Positions 1 through 10,774 are shown, numbered from the stretch's first letter. The stretch: 64,000 nucleotides of DNA from an uncultured Clostridia bacterium (GCA_947304585.1 CAMZBI010000001.1:97325-161324), one strand, 5' to 3'. Notes: generated by a model from the sequence alone, not told the origin. Program-made: numbers and translations.

Positions 1-2
1 TT

Positions 3-2732
3 GGGCTTGCAGGAATTGATTCAGAGCCGGATCCCGAAACAGGAGAGATCAGGCAGCTCGCCTCTTTTCCGGAGGAGTATTCAAACGATTACTTCGCTAA
101 GATAAATACCTATTTTAACGACCATTCGCCAATGCGAAATTCCATCATTTCGGCGCTCAACAAGGCTGAAAGATCGATGTCGGACATTTATAACGAGAAG
201 GTCCTGGATCCTATTTACGAGGCTATTGCAAAGGCAAACGCCACGCCGGAGCCTGATACGTCTTTGGCGCCGGACCAGACGGTCGAGCCTACGCCGACTC
301 CTGATTTCAGTGGACTTTTCGGTGATGAGACAGAGGAACCGGAGAACACGCCGTCAGATTCATTCACGCCGGCGCCGACGGCCGCGCCAACGCCCACATC
401 TACTCCCGAACCCACTCCCACTCCCGGGCCCACCGATACGCCCGAACCTGCGGCGACGCCTTTTACCGGCGAACATGCGGAACTTGTTGCATGTACTCTT
501 GACACCATTGTTTTGGACGATATTGCGAATTTCGGCTACGGCGACGGGTCAGCCCTTTCCAAGCTTGGAAATGTCGGCGGTGTTGTGGATAACAGTAATT
601 CCCAATACAAGACTCTTCTGATGCGGGGATGGGTCGGTTTTTCAAAAGAGATCCAGTCTTTCGGATACAAGATCGGAAAGGCGGATCCGGTTTTCAGCGA
701 GGAATTCTTTACACCTCATGAAAGCGCAGTCGAGGCGGCAGGCGGCGGGTACGCAAGAAGGTTTAATCTGTCGTTCTCTCTTGACGGAATTAAAGGAGAA
801 AATCTTGTCTGTCTCGTTGTCAGGTTTGTAACCGGCGAGGTGCTTCTCATGGACGGCTCCAACGGGAATATTTCATTCCCTCTTCTGGGCGAAGAGGAGC
901 CTGACAAACCGCTGGTATTTAATTCCTCCATCGAGGTACCCAAGGACCGGGATGTTATGATCGATGCCTCACGGCACACGTTGCTCAAGCTCCAAAAGCA
1001 GGCTGTTTCCAAAATTGCAGCCGAGAAAGCTGCGGATAAATACGTTCAGTTCCTGTTCAGAGACGCCTGGTTTGCGTTTGATACTGAAGCATTCACCGGG
1101 CTGATAAATGCTGCGGGATCCGGCAGGGATATAACTTTCGAAGCAAAAGAAGCGATTACTTCGGATCTTACGGAAGAGCAGAGAAATGCACTTTCCGACA
1201 AGATAGTCTGTGCTGTACTGACGGTGGATCTGAAGGCCGGAACGAGAACGTTTACCGCTATCGGCGGAGCAAAGATAGTTGTCAATTTGAAATATCAGAA
1301 ACCCAGCGACGTGGATCTCGGCAATATCCGGGTCGCCGCGCTTTCCGATGACGGAGTGATAACAAGGGTGTCCGCTGTTTACAGCGAAGGAGTATTCACG
1401 TTTAAAACGGATATCAGTTCTAAATATGTAATATACATTGACTATAACACCGAGGAAGAGACTGCTGATCCCGGCGTCACACCGGAGCCCACGCCTTCCG
1501 GCTCCGAGACCTGCGATCACCGCTACGGGGCTGCGGTTCAGAAGTCCGCTCCCACATGTACACGAAGCGGAAGAAGCGAGCAGGTTTGCAGTATCTGCGG
1601 CCATGTGAAATCAACCGATATTCCCGCTCTTGGACATGATTATGCGCTCATCAGGGAGCAGGAGGCTACCTATGCCCATGACGGCTATGTGCTTGAAAGA
1701 TGCACAAGGTGCGGAAACGGAAAGGTCAGCAATATCGTCCTGAGAACGAGTCTGCCCGGCTTCTACAACTCAAGACGTCCCATCACCTACGAGGGCGCGG
1801 GATTCAAGGGTATCCACGACTGGTATTTCTACGCAGGCGACAACAGCCTTGGCTATTTCCAGGGCGAAAACGTGCTCTCGGAAGCCGAGTGTGAGGACTG
1901 GACGGCGGTCTACGAAGAATTCCACAGCATCTGCGAGAGCAAAGGCATCAATGTGGTATACCTGATAGCGCCCAACAAGGAACAGGTCTACGGCGAATAT
2001 ATGCCATCCGGAGTAACGGTGGTGGACGACTCTCTGAAGCGCGAGCCCGGGTATGTGCAATACCTGAAGTCCGTGAACAGCCCGATACACTATGTATACC
2101 CGCTTGCGCAGCTTAAATCCGCAAAGATCCTCTATGAGACATATCTGCAGCAGGATACACACTGGAATACGGTCGGCGGATTTATAGGAGCAATGCAGGT
2201 CTACCAGTCCATAGGACTTCCAGTCACCGGACTGCAGAGTGTAGACGTTGAGCTCACCGATGCTGCCAGCGGAGACCTTGTATCCCTCGGCGTCGGACCT
2301 GCGAAGCATTACACCGGTTATTCGATAAACTATAAGCCTGAGATCACAGTGACTCAAACCTATATGTATTCGAACAATGTTGTCGGTGGAAACGGAGACC
2401 CCAACGGCGAACTCAGGATCCTCGAGTCCGATGCACCCACCACAGCCAAGGCCGTTATAATCGGAGATTCTTTCCGTCACGCTATTGCACCGTTTATCGC
2501 CAAGGATTTCTGCAAGGTCACCGTTACTCACAGAGGCGATTTCAACACGGTGTCCAATACTGTTCTGGGACCCGACGGCGAGATCAGATCTTCCGGCAAG
2601 ATGGTTATGAGAGACGCTCTCAGAGATCTCAAATCAGGCGACATGCTTCTCGTTATGGCTGTTGAAAGGTATGACGGCGGAAACGTTGATATGGTAAGGG
2701 CCCTTATAGATTATTTCAAAATTATGGGTTAA
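3..2732 (+). CDS. Secreted Pro/Thr-linker protein with a C-terminal DHHW-family (AlgX/AlgJ-like SGNH) domain. The frame is open to the window start, so the gene is probably 5'-partial, with an internal Met at 132.
   Basis: No stop codon in frame from nt 3 to the ATG at 132. (TPEP)n low-complexity linker. C-terminal 'LQQDTHWNTVGG' matches the DHHW motif of the cell-wall/alginate O-acetylation-type family. Cys/His-rich module near aa 455-520. Confidence 0.55.
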   Translation, partial: GLAGIDSEPDPETGEIRQLASFPEEYSNDYFAKINTYFNDHSPMRNSIISALNKAERSMSDIYNEKVLDPIYEAIAKANATPEPDTSLAPDQTVEPTPTPDFSGLFGDETEEPENTPSDSFTPAPTAAPTPTSTPEPTPTPGPTDTPEPAATPFTGEHAELVACTLDTIVLDDIANFGYGDGSALSKLGNVGGVVDNSNSQYKTLLMRGWVGFSKEIQSFGYKIGKADPVFSEEFFTPHESAVEAAGGGYARRFNLSFSLDGIKGENLVCLVVRFVTGEVLLMDGSNGNISFPLLGEEEPDKPLVFNSSIEVPKDRDVMIDASRHTLLKLQKQAVSKIAAEKAADKYVQFLFRDAWFAFDTEAFTGLINAAGSGRDITFEAKEAITSDLTEEQRNALSDKIVCAVLTVDLKAGTRTFTAIGGAKIVVNLKYQKPSDVDLGNIRVAALSDDGVITRVSAVYSEGVFTFKTDISSKYVIYIDYNTEEETADPGVTPEPTPSGSETCDHRYGAAVQKSAPTCTRSGRSEQVCSICGHVKSTDIPALGHDYALIREQEATYAHDGYVLERCTRCGNGKVSNIVLRTSLPGFYNSRRPITYEGAGFKGIHDWYFYAGDNSLGYFQGENVLSEAECEDWTAVYEEFHSICESKGINVVYLIAPNKEQVYGEYMPSGVTVVDDSLKREPGYVQYLKSVNSPIHYVYPLAQLKSAKILYETYLQQDTHWNTVGGFIGAMQVYQSIGLPVTGLQSVDVELTDAASGDLVSLGVGPAKHYTGYSINYKPEITVTQTYMYSNNVVGGNGDPNGELRILESDAPTTAKAVIIGDSFRHAIAPFIAKDFCKVTVTHRGDFNTVSNTVLGPDGEIRSSGKMVMRDALRDLKSGDMLLVMAVERYDGGNVDMVRALIDYFKIMG

Positions 2733-2750
2733 GCCCTTTGGGCATAAAAA

Positions 2751-2800
2751 AACACCCCGTGATGTAACAGTCTTAAAAAACGGTTACGGGGTGTTTTGTA
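2751..2800. terminator. Bidirectional rho-independent terminator between convergent genes.
   Basis: Hairpin ACACCCCGTGATGTAAC...GTTACGGGGTGT followed by TTTTG on + strand and preceded by AAAAAAA (a T-run on the - strand). Confidence 0.55.
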
Positions 2801-2914
2801 TACTTCAAATAAACGTCGGCGCCGGATAATCTATGATGAGTCTGACGCAAAGGCGTTTAGGGCTAACGGATCGGGAAGGCTTTGGAATGTCTGTCACGGG
2901 GCTACTGAGTAGGG

Positions 2915-3511
2915 TTATATCGTCGCTGCCGCTTCACGAATTGCATTGGCGGTTTGCTCCGCACAGCGCCTGTAACCTGCTTCCGTGAGGTGGAGAAGGT
3001 CCGGGGTCTTGTAGAAGGTCGGGCTTTCGAGGCAGAGGGAATAAAGGTCGTTGACGGCGACTCCTTCGCTGCGCATAAAGTCGACTGCCGCCTTGTTGTA
3101 TTCAAGGACCCATTCGTTTTTGTAAAAAGTCCTGTTTATGCCTTCCTGCATGACGGTTGCTGCATCTTCTTCGGGAAGGATCGGCGCAGAGGTGGCGAAT
3201 ATGGGGACTGCGCCGTTGCGACGGATCTCGTCAAGGGTGCGACCCAGAAAGTGGACGTATTCGTGGACCGGGTGGATAGGCGTTGTCATTGGCGGCTCAA
3301 TGTGCATGTCCCAGTAGCCGTTGTTCCAGTGGACTACGTCAAAATGGCCGACGTTTTTGAAAAACTGGTTGGCCTGCCAGAGGGTGTAGGCAGCGAAACG
3401 GCCGTTGTCGTTGTCGTCGTAGAACACTTCAAATTCTCCGTCGAGCAGCTCTTTTACAAATGAGTCGTAACCCATCCTGATGGAATCGCCAAGCAGCAGT
3501 ACTCTTTTCAT
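2915..3511 (-). CDS. SGNH/GDSL-family hydrolase.
   Basis: N-terminal 'LLLGDSIRMGY' GDS(L) block and a conserved His near the C-terminus; 198 aa. Confidence 0.6.
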   Translation of the reverse strand: MKRVLLLGDSIRMGYDSFVKELLDGEFEVFYDDNDNGRFAAYTLWQANQFFKNVGHFDVVHWNNGYWDMHIEPPMTTPIHPVHEYVHFLGRTLDEIRRNGAVPIFATSAPILPEEDAATVMQEGINRTFYKNEWVLEYNKAAVDFMRSEGVAVNDLYSLCLESPTFYKTPDLLHLTEAGYRRCAEQTANAIREAAATI

Positions 3512-3706
3512 GATATAGCTCCTGTAGTGTAAAAATTGCGGAAATTTGCTTCCGTCATTATTGTATCAGCAACCGGCGAAAAAGCCAAAGAAAAAGTGAA
3601 AAAACTGCCTGCTCAGGTTGACAGGGTCCTGCCGGGCGTTTAAAATACAGACAATACAAAAAGCAAAGAACCGGCAGTCACGGGTTGGCGAAAGAGGAGG
3701 GTCCCG

Positions 3707-4453
3707 GTGGAGTATATCAGAGTTACCAAAGAAAATCTTGAGAAGGAACATATTTGCTGCGCGATATCCAACAACAATGACGTGCAGGTGGCGTCGAAAA
3801 AAGCCTGGCTTGGAGACCGCCTTGATGACGGTCTTGTGTTTTTGAAGAGCACGGAGCGGGGAAAGTGTTTTATCGAGTACATCCCGGCGGAGAACGCCTG
3901 GAGCCCGATCGAAGCGGAAGGCTACATGTATATTGACTGCCTGTGGGTTTCCGGGTCTCTCAAGGGCCATGGCTACGGGGCGGATCTTCTGAATCTGTGC
4001 ATTGAGGACAGTAAAACAAAAGGAAAAGCGGGTCTTTGCATACTGAGTTCAGCAAAGAAAAAAACGTTTTTGGCGGATCCGAAATTTCTGAAATACAAGG
4101 GCTTTTCCGTGTGTGACGAATCGGACAACGGCATCCAGCTCTGGTACCTGCCCTTCGCCGCCAATGCAGAAAAGCCAATGTTCAGAGAATGCGCAAGGCA
4201 CCCCCGTATTGGCGATGCGGGATACGTTCTTTACTATACGAGCCAATGCCCTTTCAACGCCAAGTACGTTCCGATAGTTGAACAAACCGCAAAAGAACAC
4301 GGTATACCTTTTAAGGCGATCCATATTGAGGACAAGGCAGCCGCTCAGAATGCACCGACCCCGGTCACCACCTATGCGCTTTTTTACAACGGCGAGTATG
4401 TGACGAACGAACAGATGAACGATGCAAGATTTCTGAAACTTGCAGGCAAATAA
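3707..4453 (+). CDS. GNAT N-acetyltransferase with a YoaP-like C-terminal domain.
   Basis: GTG start preceded by GAGGAGGG. GNAT-like 'GHGYGADLLN' acetyl-CoA-binding-type segment. C-terminal 'YTSQCPFNAKY' YoaP-like segment. Confidence 0.5.
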   Translation: MEYIRVTKENLEKEHICCAISNNNDVQVASKKAWLGDRLDDGLVFLKSTERGKCFIEYIPAENAWSPIEAEGYMYIDCLWVSGSLKGHGYGADLLNLCIEDSKTKGKAGLCILSSAKKKTFLADPKFLKYKGFSVCDESDNGIQLWYLPFAANAEKPMFRECARHPRIGDAGYVLYYTSQCPFNAKYVPIVEQTAKEHGIPFKAIHIEDKAAAQNAPTPVTTYALFYNGEYVTNEQMNDARFLKLAGK

Positions 4454-4521
4454 ACGCTGCAGGACAGTTTGCAGCCCCCGGATTCAAACAACAAACCGCA
4501 GACAGGAAAAGGAGACAGACC

Positions 4522-6807
4522 ATGTTGAAAGCAAAGATCGTTGACCACAACGGAAGTCCTGCACCGCAAGTGGAGGGCCGGATAATTCCGCCAATGGCTT
4601 TCACAGCCCATCCCCACACTCGGGACAGGGAATACCTGCGCAGCCTCGGTGAGGCGGGCATTGAAGTGTTTTTTCTTATCTGCGATCCCGAGTGGCTTTA
4701 CGAAGGGGCTTTTGAAAGGCTTCTCGAGGACGGAAAGGTGCTCCTTGAGGCGGTGCCGGACGCCAAGATTTTCCTCAGGCTTGGTGTTCACCCCTCCGTT
4801 GAGTGGCTGAAGAACCACCCGGACGAGATCATGCGGTACCAGGACGGGAGGACCGTGCCGGTGCGGGTCATCACGGAAAGCTACGAAAACGGCTACTATC
4901 CCGGGATGTATGCCCTTTATTCTCAGGCCTGGCGGGAGGAGGCCTCAAAGCACGTGTTGGGGCTTTTGAACGATCTTGAAAAGACGCCCCTCGGGGATCA
5001 TGTCATTGGCGTTTTCCTCGCCGGCGGCAACACCTCCGAGTGGTATCCCAGCAACAGACTCACTATCCACAAGGGCGGTTACATGGGTTTTGAGATCCCC
5101 GAGCCCGGGCCCTGCGACCTCTACGGAGATTTCAGCCCAGCTTTCCGGCAGGCGTTTTCCGCCTATCTTTACGACAGATACGGCAGTCAGGAGGCGCTAC
5201 GGAAGGCCTGGAACGACCCCGACGCCAATATCGACGACCCCCACATCCCGGACATGTTCGAGAGGAGCTTTATTCACGTGGATTCGCTGGTGGCCAGGTT
5301 CCCCATTGACGGCAACTGGCCCGGACACATGAACGAGAACAACGCCGGATCCTTCCTCAACATCGAAAAGTACCAGTGCACGGCGGACTTTTACAGGGCG
5401 TTTCATGTTGGCGCCGCCGACTCCATCATTTATTTTGCAAGGGAGATAAAGAGCAGGTATCCCGATACCCTTGTGGGCGCCTTTTACGGATATTTCGGGT
5501 GCCTTGACTATTACAACATGTGCATGTGCGCGGGGGCTCTCAAGATGCTGGACAGCGGGTACGTGGACATGACCGCCTGCCCCAACGTATATATTGAACG
5601 GCAGCCGGGGGGTTATGCCTCCCAGCGGGTCATGCAAGATTCCTTCCGGCTCAGAAACAGGCTCTTTTTCTCCGAGGACGACACCCGGACGATCTGCGAA
5701 GGGGACCGGGCCGGCGCCAGGGACTATATGGAGCAGTATGAAATTGGCGACAGTATTAACACCATGAAGAGGGACTTCGGCCGGGACATCTGCCAGGACA
5801 TTTCAGCCTGGTGGTTTGACCAGTACCATCTGGGCCGCTTCAACCACCCGGAGCTGCTGAAGCTTATGAAGCGCCAGCAGGAGATCGCCAAGGCCTTCTA
5901 CGCCAAGGACCGCACAAAGCACAACGACATCGCCTTTTTCTATGACGAGGAATCCGTCCACATGGTGTCGGAGCCGACCCTTTTCCAGATGATCGAGCTT
6001 AACCGCTGCCTTGAGATACCCCGCATCGGCGCACCGGCGGATTTTTACTACCACAACGACATCGGCCGGGACGACCTCCCGGACTATAAGCTCTACGTAT
6101 TCGTCAACTGCTTCTGCCTCACCGCAAAAGAGCGGGAGGAGATCAAGGCGAAGGTGCGACGCCAAGGCAAAACCGCCCTGTTTATTTACGGTCAGGGTTT
6201 TGCGGATCCGGAGGCCTCTCCGAAGCTCAGCGAGGACTATATTTCGGACCTCACGGGAATGAAGATCAAACGTATAGACTGGCCCTCCTATGCAAAATTC
6301 AAGATAGACCCGGCGGGTGTCCTTGGCAAGGACTGCGACCCCGGCACCGTGTACGGTCAACCCGACAAGGCGGTAAAGGACGGCTGTGCCATGCAGCTGG
6401 GTAACCAGACTTCGGTGGCCTACCCCCTGTTCGTGTGCGATGACGAAGAGGCTGAGACCTGCGCCACCCTCTGCAAGGAAAAACTGCCCGCCATAAGCCG
6501 CAAGTCGGAAGAGGGCCACACCACCTTTTTCAGCGCGGCAAAGTGGCTCACTTCAGATATCTACCGGGCAATAGCCAGGGCCACCGGCTGCCATATCTAT
6601 TCCGACGCCAATGATTTCGTTTTCGCCAACGAGCGCTTCCTGACGATACACGCCGCCACCACCGGCGACAAGACCATAAGACTGAAAAAGATCTGCAGCC
6701 CCTTCGAGGTGTACAGAAGAGAGTATTTCGGCGAAAATGTAGACGAGATCAAAGTCAAAATGATTCGGGGCGAGACGCTGATGTTCAGCCTTGACGGCGA
6801 GGTGTAA
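4522..6807 (+). CDS. Hypothetical 761-aa protein, possibly a glycoside-hydrolase-like TIM-barrel enzyme; family not recognised.
   Basis: Long ORF with strong RBS AAGGAGA 7 nt upstream. No signal peptide. Sits next to carbohydrate-active genes. Confidence 0.4.
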   Translation: MLKAKIVDHNGSPAPQVEGRIIPPMAFTAHPHTRDREYLRSLGEAGIEVFFLICDPEWLYEGAFERLLEDGKVLLEAVPDAKIFLRLGVHPSVEWLKNHPDEIMRYQDGRTVPVRVITESYENGYYPGMYALYSQAWREEASKHVLGLLNDLEKTPLGDHVIGVFLAGGNTSEWYPSNRLTIHKGGYMGFEIPEPGPCDLYGDFSPAFRQAFSAYLYDRYGSQEALRKAWNDPDANIDDPHIPDMFERSFIHVDSLVARFPIDGNWPGHMNENNAGSFLNIEKYQCTADFYRAFHVGAADSIIYFAREIKSRYPDTLVGAFYGYFGCLDYYNMCMCAGALKMLDSGYVDMTACPNVYIERQPGGYASQRVMQDSFRLRNRLFFSEDDTRTICEGDRAGARDYMEQYEIGDSINTMKRDFGRDICQDISAWWFDQYHLGRFNHPELLKLMKRQQEIAKAFYAKDRTKHNDIAFFYDEESVHMVSEPTLFQMIELNRCLEIPRIGAPADFYYHNDIGRDDLPDYKLYVFVNCFCLTAKEREEIKAKVRRQGKTALFIYGQGFADPEASPKLSEDYISDLTGMKIKRIDWPSYAKFKIDPAGVLGKDCDPGTVYGQPDKAVKDGCAMQLGNQTSVAYPLFVCDDEEAETCATLCKEKLPAISRKSEEGHTTFFSAAKWLTSDIYRAIARATGCHIYSDANDFVFANERFLTIHAATTGDKTIRLKKICSPFEVYRREYFGENVDEIKVKMIRGETLMFSLDGEV

Positions 6808-6873
6808 AAGCTTTACGACCTGCGGCCCGGAGAAAATGCTGCCCGGGATAAAACACGCCCCGTGGCGGCAAAA

Positions 6874-6900
6874 AGCCTGCCTCACAAAAGGCAGGTCATA
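6874..6900 (+). terminator. Possible weak terminator hairpin after the 4522-6807 gene.
   Basis: GCCTGCC-cacaaa-GGCAGG stem followed by a weak T-rich tail. Confidence 0.3.
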
Positions 6901-7000
6901 AATGTGACAAGCCCCGGGACCGGGGCACAAACGGGTCCGGCATTGGCGATAACGATATGCCGGGCATTGGCGATTTTCCTTTAATAATGTGAGGATCAAA

Positions 7001-10000
7001 ATGAATTCTGAAATACGCGCAAAAAGAACTGCTGCCGCAACAATTGCTTTACTGATTTTTCTTGTAACTTTTCTCGCGTTTGCCTTGAGCGCAAGGACCG
7101 AAGCGCCGGTGACAAGGACGGTCATGCTTTACCTTGTGGGCTCGGACCTTGAGGGTTACGACGGCTTCGCGACCCACAATCTGACCCAGAGCATGAGCGC
7201 AAACTACAACGAATACCTGCAGTTTATCGTTATGACCGGCGGGTCCGAGGCGTGGTACACAGAGGGGGAATACCTTGACGGGGCAGAGGAGATCGATCCT
7301 TCGCTGAACCAGATCTGGAGTCTTTCCGGCAAAAAGGAGAGCGAGGAGCACGGATTTATGACGCTTGTCGAGCCGGAGGGCCTGCCCGGTTTTGAAGATG
7401 CGGAAATGTCGGACCCTGCCGCCCTTGCAGCGTTTATAGATTACTGCTGCACCAATTACCCAGCCGATGCCTATGACTTGATACTTTGGGATCACGGCGG
7501 CGGGCCTGTGGGGGGCTTCGGTTTTGACGACAGATACTGGTCAATGATGACCTTTGCCGACATCATCAACGGCTTTCAGTCAAGTGAACTGATACAGTCC
7601 GGAAATAAATTCGAAATCATAGATTTTGACGCCTGTTTGATGGGCACCACCGATATCGTTGCGGCGCTGAGCCTGTACGCGGATTATCTTGTGGTTTCTC
7701 CGGAGACGGAGCCGGGGGCGGGACAGGATTACGCAAGCTGGCTGAACGCCCTTGCCATGAACCCGGCAATGAACGGCTTCGACCTCGGCAGGGAGATCGT
7801 GAACGGGCTTGTAGACTACTACACCAATGTGGAAAGGGATTATGCGACACTTTCGGTCGTCGACACAAAAAACTTTGTGGACAGATTGCTTCCGGCGCTG
7901 GCGGAGCTTGACGGTATACTCATTGGCGAGGCGAAGAACAAAAGCTGCGACAACGGCAGGTACAATTTTTACGACGAACTCTATTCCCTGAAATACTCGA
8001 TTGGGTATGCGCTGGAAGAGGAGTCGCTTTATGATCTTGGCGATCTGGCCGGCGCTCTCAGCGTGCCTCAAACAGAGTTTGACGTTCTTTCGGAGGACGA
8101 CATCAGAGGGCTGCGCAACGTCTACACGGAGACTGCGCTCCGCATTCTGGATATACTTGGCGACAACGACAACAGCGGCGACGACGTCATCTATTCCGGA
8201 TTCACAAAATCCACCGAAAAAAGGATCAAATCTGTCAGAGTAAGAGGCCTTGACAAAGAACTCGCAATTCCGGACGCCTCCGATCTTGTCACGGTTTATC
8301 CCACGGGACTCAGCCTGTTTTGCGGCGACTTGTCCATGAGCAACGCCTATCAGTACGTGATGGCTATGGAGGATGCGCTGCAGCTTTTGCCGGATGGTCC
8401 CCAGAAGGACTATCTGACCCGCCGAACGTTGGCGCCGGCTCTCTACACCATGATCTGCGGAATGGGGGAGACCGTGTCGAATCTTGCCCTTGAAGAGGAG
8501 TTTGACTGGACCTACAGCGAGCTCAAACAGGGGTTGACCCAAAAGCGGAGATGGTTCCGTTACGAGGCTCTTATTGGGCACCTTGTTTCCCGGGGAGAAT
8601 TCGGGACGATGGATGAGGCGGAGAATTACCTTGCGGAGATCGCCGCCCAGCAAAACGGCGAGGTGCTGCACTTCGAAAACGTTTCGGTCAAAAAGCGCGA
8701 GAACTATTTCGACTCAGGCGACACCTACAAGGTCACTATTGACAATATTTCCGCCCACAATATTGCGGAAGTCGGCTCCTCGATGGACGTTTATATCTCC
8801 GCAGACATACCGGAACTCCGGCAGCTTGTGGAAAAGACCTACGGGGAGATTCCTTTTGAGGAGCTATACCCGGAGGGTATTCATTTTACGGCGGGAGAGA
8901 TCGGAGGTTCCCCTGACATGACGGAATTCACTGATTATCAGCTCGACGTTCAGTATGATCTGATGAAAGATTTTTACGCAGCGGACAGGATCTCCTGGGT
9001 CGTGACGGGAGCGGAGAGAAAGTGTTTCGCCATTGTTGACAGCGAAAACAACGTTCACGTTGCCGACGTGACCTTCGACGACAATGCAAGGGAGTCGGGA
9101 TACGTAACCATTCTGATCAAAACAGCGGACAATGATTATTTGATGGGATTTCTCCTCGTGGAAAAAGAAAACGGCGAGATGAGGATAAAGGGCCTGACTC
9201 TCGACTCCGAAGATATTTCCGAACGTTCCTTTATCCCCATGGACAGTCCCCGGTTCCTGGGCTGCTCTTTCGCACCTGCAGCCTTCATAATGGACGAAAG
9301 ATACTATGTTCCGGTGGTCCTTCCTCTCAGCGGTTTCAGCCCTGCGGACCTTGAAAAAGAGTTCTGGGGACTTGAGGTCAGGGAATTGCCAATAGAGGAC
9401 ATTGGCGATATCACCGGTGTTGACGATATGTTTTATATCGACGACATCTATACCACCTGGTACCCAGTTGACGTGACTGAACTGTTTGACCTTGCGGACG
9501 AAATGGCCGAGCAGGGGGACATGGTCCGCAGCCTTGCAACAGCAGAGATCACAGCCAGCAACGTGGTTTATTCCGAGGAAGATCACAAACCGGACGTGAC
9601 GGTGGTGTTTGAGGGAAAAAACCTTGAGGAGGGCAAAGACTACGTGGTCTGGTACGACGGATACGCTCAGCCGGGGCCGGCAATGCTGCTCGCGGCGGGC
9701 ATTGGCGATTATTTCGGAACGCCGGCTCAGTTATACACCGTCTTATGTGCCGAGCACACTTTTTCGGAACTTTCATACACACCGCCAACCTGCACGGAGG
9801 AGGGCCGGAGGGATCTGATATGCCGGATCTGCGGCGCCACCGATTTTGAAACCGTCCCGAAAGAGGAGCACGACCTGATCCACACAGATGCAATAGAGGT
9901 GACGAAAGAAGCCAACGGCAACCGTGAACACTGGACCTGCAAGAACTGCGGCAAGATTTTTCTCGACAACGAAGGCAAAAAGGAAACGGATGCCTCAAAG

Positions 10001-10687
10001 ATAACAGCCGTATATTTCGAGTATGAACACGATCCTTTGGAGAACCCGGAGGCAATGAAAGATATTGTCAAGGACGGGAACGCGGTGTACGGGTTCAGAC
10101 CGAGTGAAACAGGCAGTCTCAAGGCTTATGCCGGCGCAGACTGGTCGGATCCGGACCTTGTGGAGAGCGGAAGGCAGGAAAGAATCGCATACCACCAAAG
10201 CATTGAGGAGATGTACGACATGCTCCGTCAAATGCAGGCCGAGGGCAAAAGCGTTGAGGAGATCGCAAGGGCGGTGAGCACGAAGCGCAACGAGCTCCGC
10301 CTGGAGTCCTATGCGGATGACCCTGAGGGACTGGAAATACTGAAGCAGAGAAATCTTGAAAAATACGGTCACGAGGAAGGACCGCTGCCTGACGAACTGT
10401 ACGCCCAATACGGGTCCTGGGAGACGGTGATTGCGAAGGCCTTCAGCGCCAACGTGGGCATGGACGCATGCCTCGGACTTTATGACGATTATTACGATCT
10501 TTACGTGATACTCGGCCAGGTCGGCAACGGCTCCTCCGGTGGACAGACTCCCAATCCAGGCACATCAGACTCCTACGGTAGCGGAGAGATGCTCTGCCTG
10601 ATCGCACTTGTCATACTGATTGGGACGAGTCTGGGCAGTGTTTTACCTCAAAAACACAAAACAAAATGCCCCAAAAATACAAAATGA
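7001..10687 (+). CDS. Secreted peptidase C11 (clostripain-family) multidomain protein with a C-terminal transmembrane anchor.
   Basis: RBS GAGGA before the ATG at 7001. Signal peptide. 'LILWDHGGGPVGGFGFDD' and 'IDFDACLMGTTD' match the clostripain His/Cys catalytic dyad blocks. C-terminal hydrophobic helix plus KKHK stop-transfer. Cys/His-rich module at aa ~925-1000. Confidence 0.7.
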   Translation: MNSEIRAKRTAAATIALLIFLVTFLAFALSARTEAPVTRTVMLYLVGSDLEGYDGFATHNLTQSMSANYNEYLQFIVMTGGSEAWYTEGEYLDGAEEIDPSLNQIWSLSGKKESEEHGFMTLVEPEGLPGFEDAEMSDPAALAAFIDYCCTNYPADAYDLILWDHGGGPVGGFGFDDRYWSMMTFADIINGFQSSELIQSGNKFEIIDFDACLMGTTDIVAALSLYADYLVVSPETEPGAGQDYASWLNALAMNPAMNGFDLGREIVNGLVDYYTNVERDYATLSVVDTKNFVDRLLPALAELDGILIGEAKNKSCDNGRYNFYDELYSLKYSIGYALEEESLYDLGDLAGALSVPQTEFDVLSEDDIRGLRNVYTETALRILDILGDNDNSGDDVIYSGFTKSTEKRIKSVRVRGLDKELAIPDASDLVTVYPTGLSLFCGDLSMSNAYQYVMAMEDALQLLPDGPQKDYLTRRTLAPALYTMICGMGETVSNLALEEEFDWTYSELKQGLTQKRRWFRYEALIGHLVSRGEFGTMDEAENYLAEIAAQQNGEVLHFENVSVKKRENYFDSGDTYKVTIDNISAHNIAEVGSSMDVYISADIPELRQLVEKTYGEIPFEELYPEGIHFTAGEIGGSPDMTEFTDYQLDVQYDLMKDFYAADRISWVVTGAERKCFAIVDSENNVHVADVTFDDNARESGYVTILIKTADNDYLMGFLLVEKENGEMRIKGLTLDSEDISERSFIPMDSPRFLGCSFAPAAFIMDERYYVPVVLPLSGFSPADLEKEFWGLEVRELPIEDIGDITGVDDMFYIDDIYTTWYPVDVTELFDLADEMAEQGDMVRSLATAEITASNVVYSEEDHKPDVTVVFEGKNLEEGKDYVVWYDGYAQPGPAMLLAAGIGDYFGTPAQLYTVLCAEHTFSELSYTPPTCTEEGRRDLICRICGATDFETVPKEEHDLIHTDAIEVTKEANGNREHWTCKNCGKIFLDNEGKKETDASKITAVYFEYEHDPLENPEAMKDIVKDGNAVYGFRPSETGSLKAYAGADWSDPDLVESGRQERIAYHQSIEEMYDMLRQMQAEGKSVEEIARAVSTKRNELRLESYADDPEGLEILKQRNLEKYGHEEGPLPDELYAQYGSWETVIAKAFSANVGMDACLGLYDDYYDLYVILGQVGNGSSGGQTPNPGTSDSYGSGEMLCLIALVILIGTSLGSVLPQKHKTKCPKNTK

Positions 10688-10713
10688 AATACCCCAAAAA
10701 TACAAAACGCGTG

Positions 10714-10742
10714 TTGACCCGGGGCCGGGAAAAGGTTATAAT
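10714..10742 (+). promoter_or_regulatory. Sigma-A-type promoter for the low-GC three-gene cassette.
   Basis: TTGACC - 17 nt - TATAAT, about 33 nt upstream of the ATG at 10775. Confidence 0.55.
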
Positions 10743-10774
10743 TTGACTGTATGATCTATCTTGGAGGGTTTGCT

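Noticed and set aside
215-645. ORFs 215-508(-), 226-621(+) and 463-645(-), Arg- or Gly/Val-rich, overlapping the first gene.
   Set aside because: They are alternative-frame or antisense translations of the GC-rich Pro/Thr-linker coding region and have low-complexity composition with no RBS.
4976-6519. ORFs 4976-5332(+), 5197-5637(-) and 5803-6519(-) inside the 4522-6807 gene.
   Set aside because: They are alternative-frame or antisense ORFs typical of high-GC coding DNA. No RBS is present, and the Ala/Arg/Pro-rich composition matches frame-shifted GC-rich sequence.
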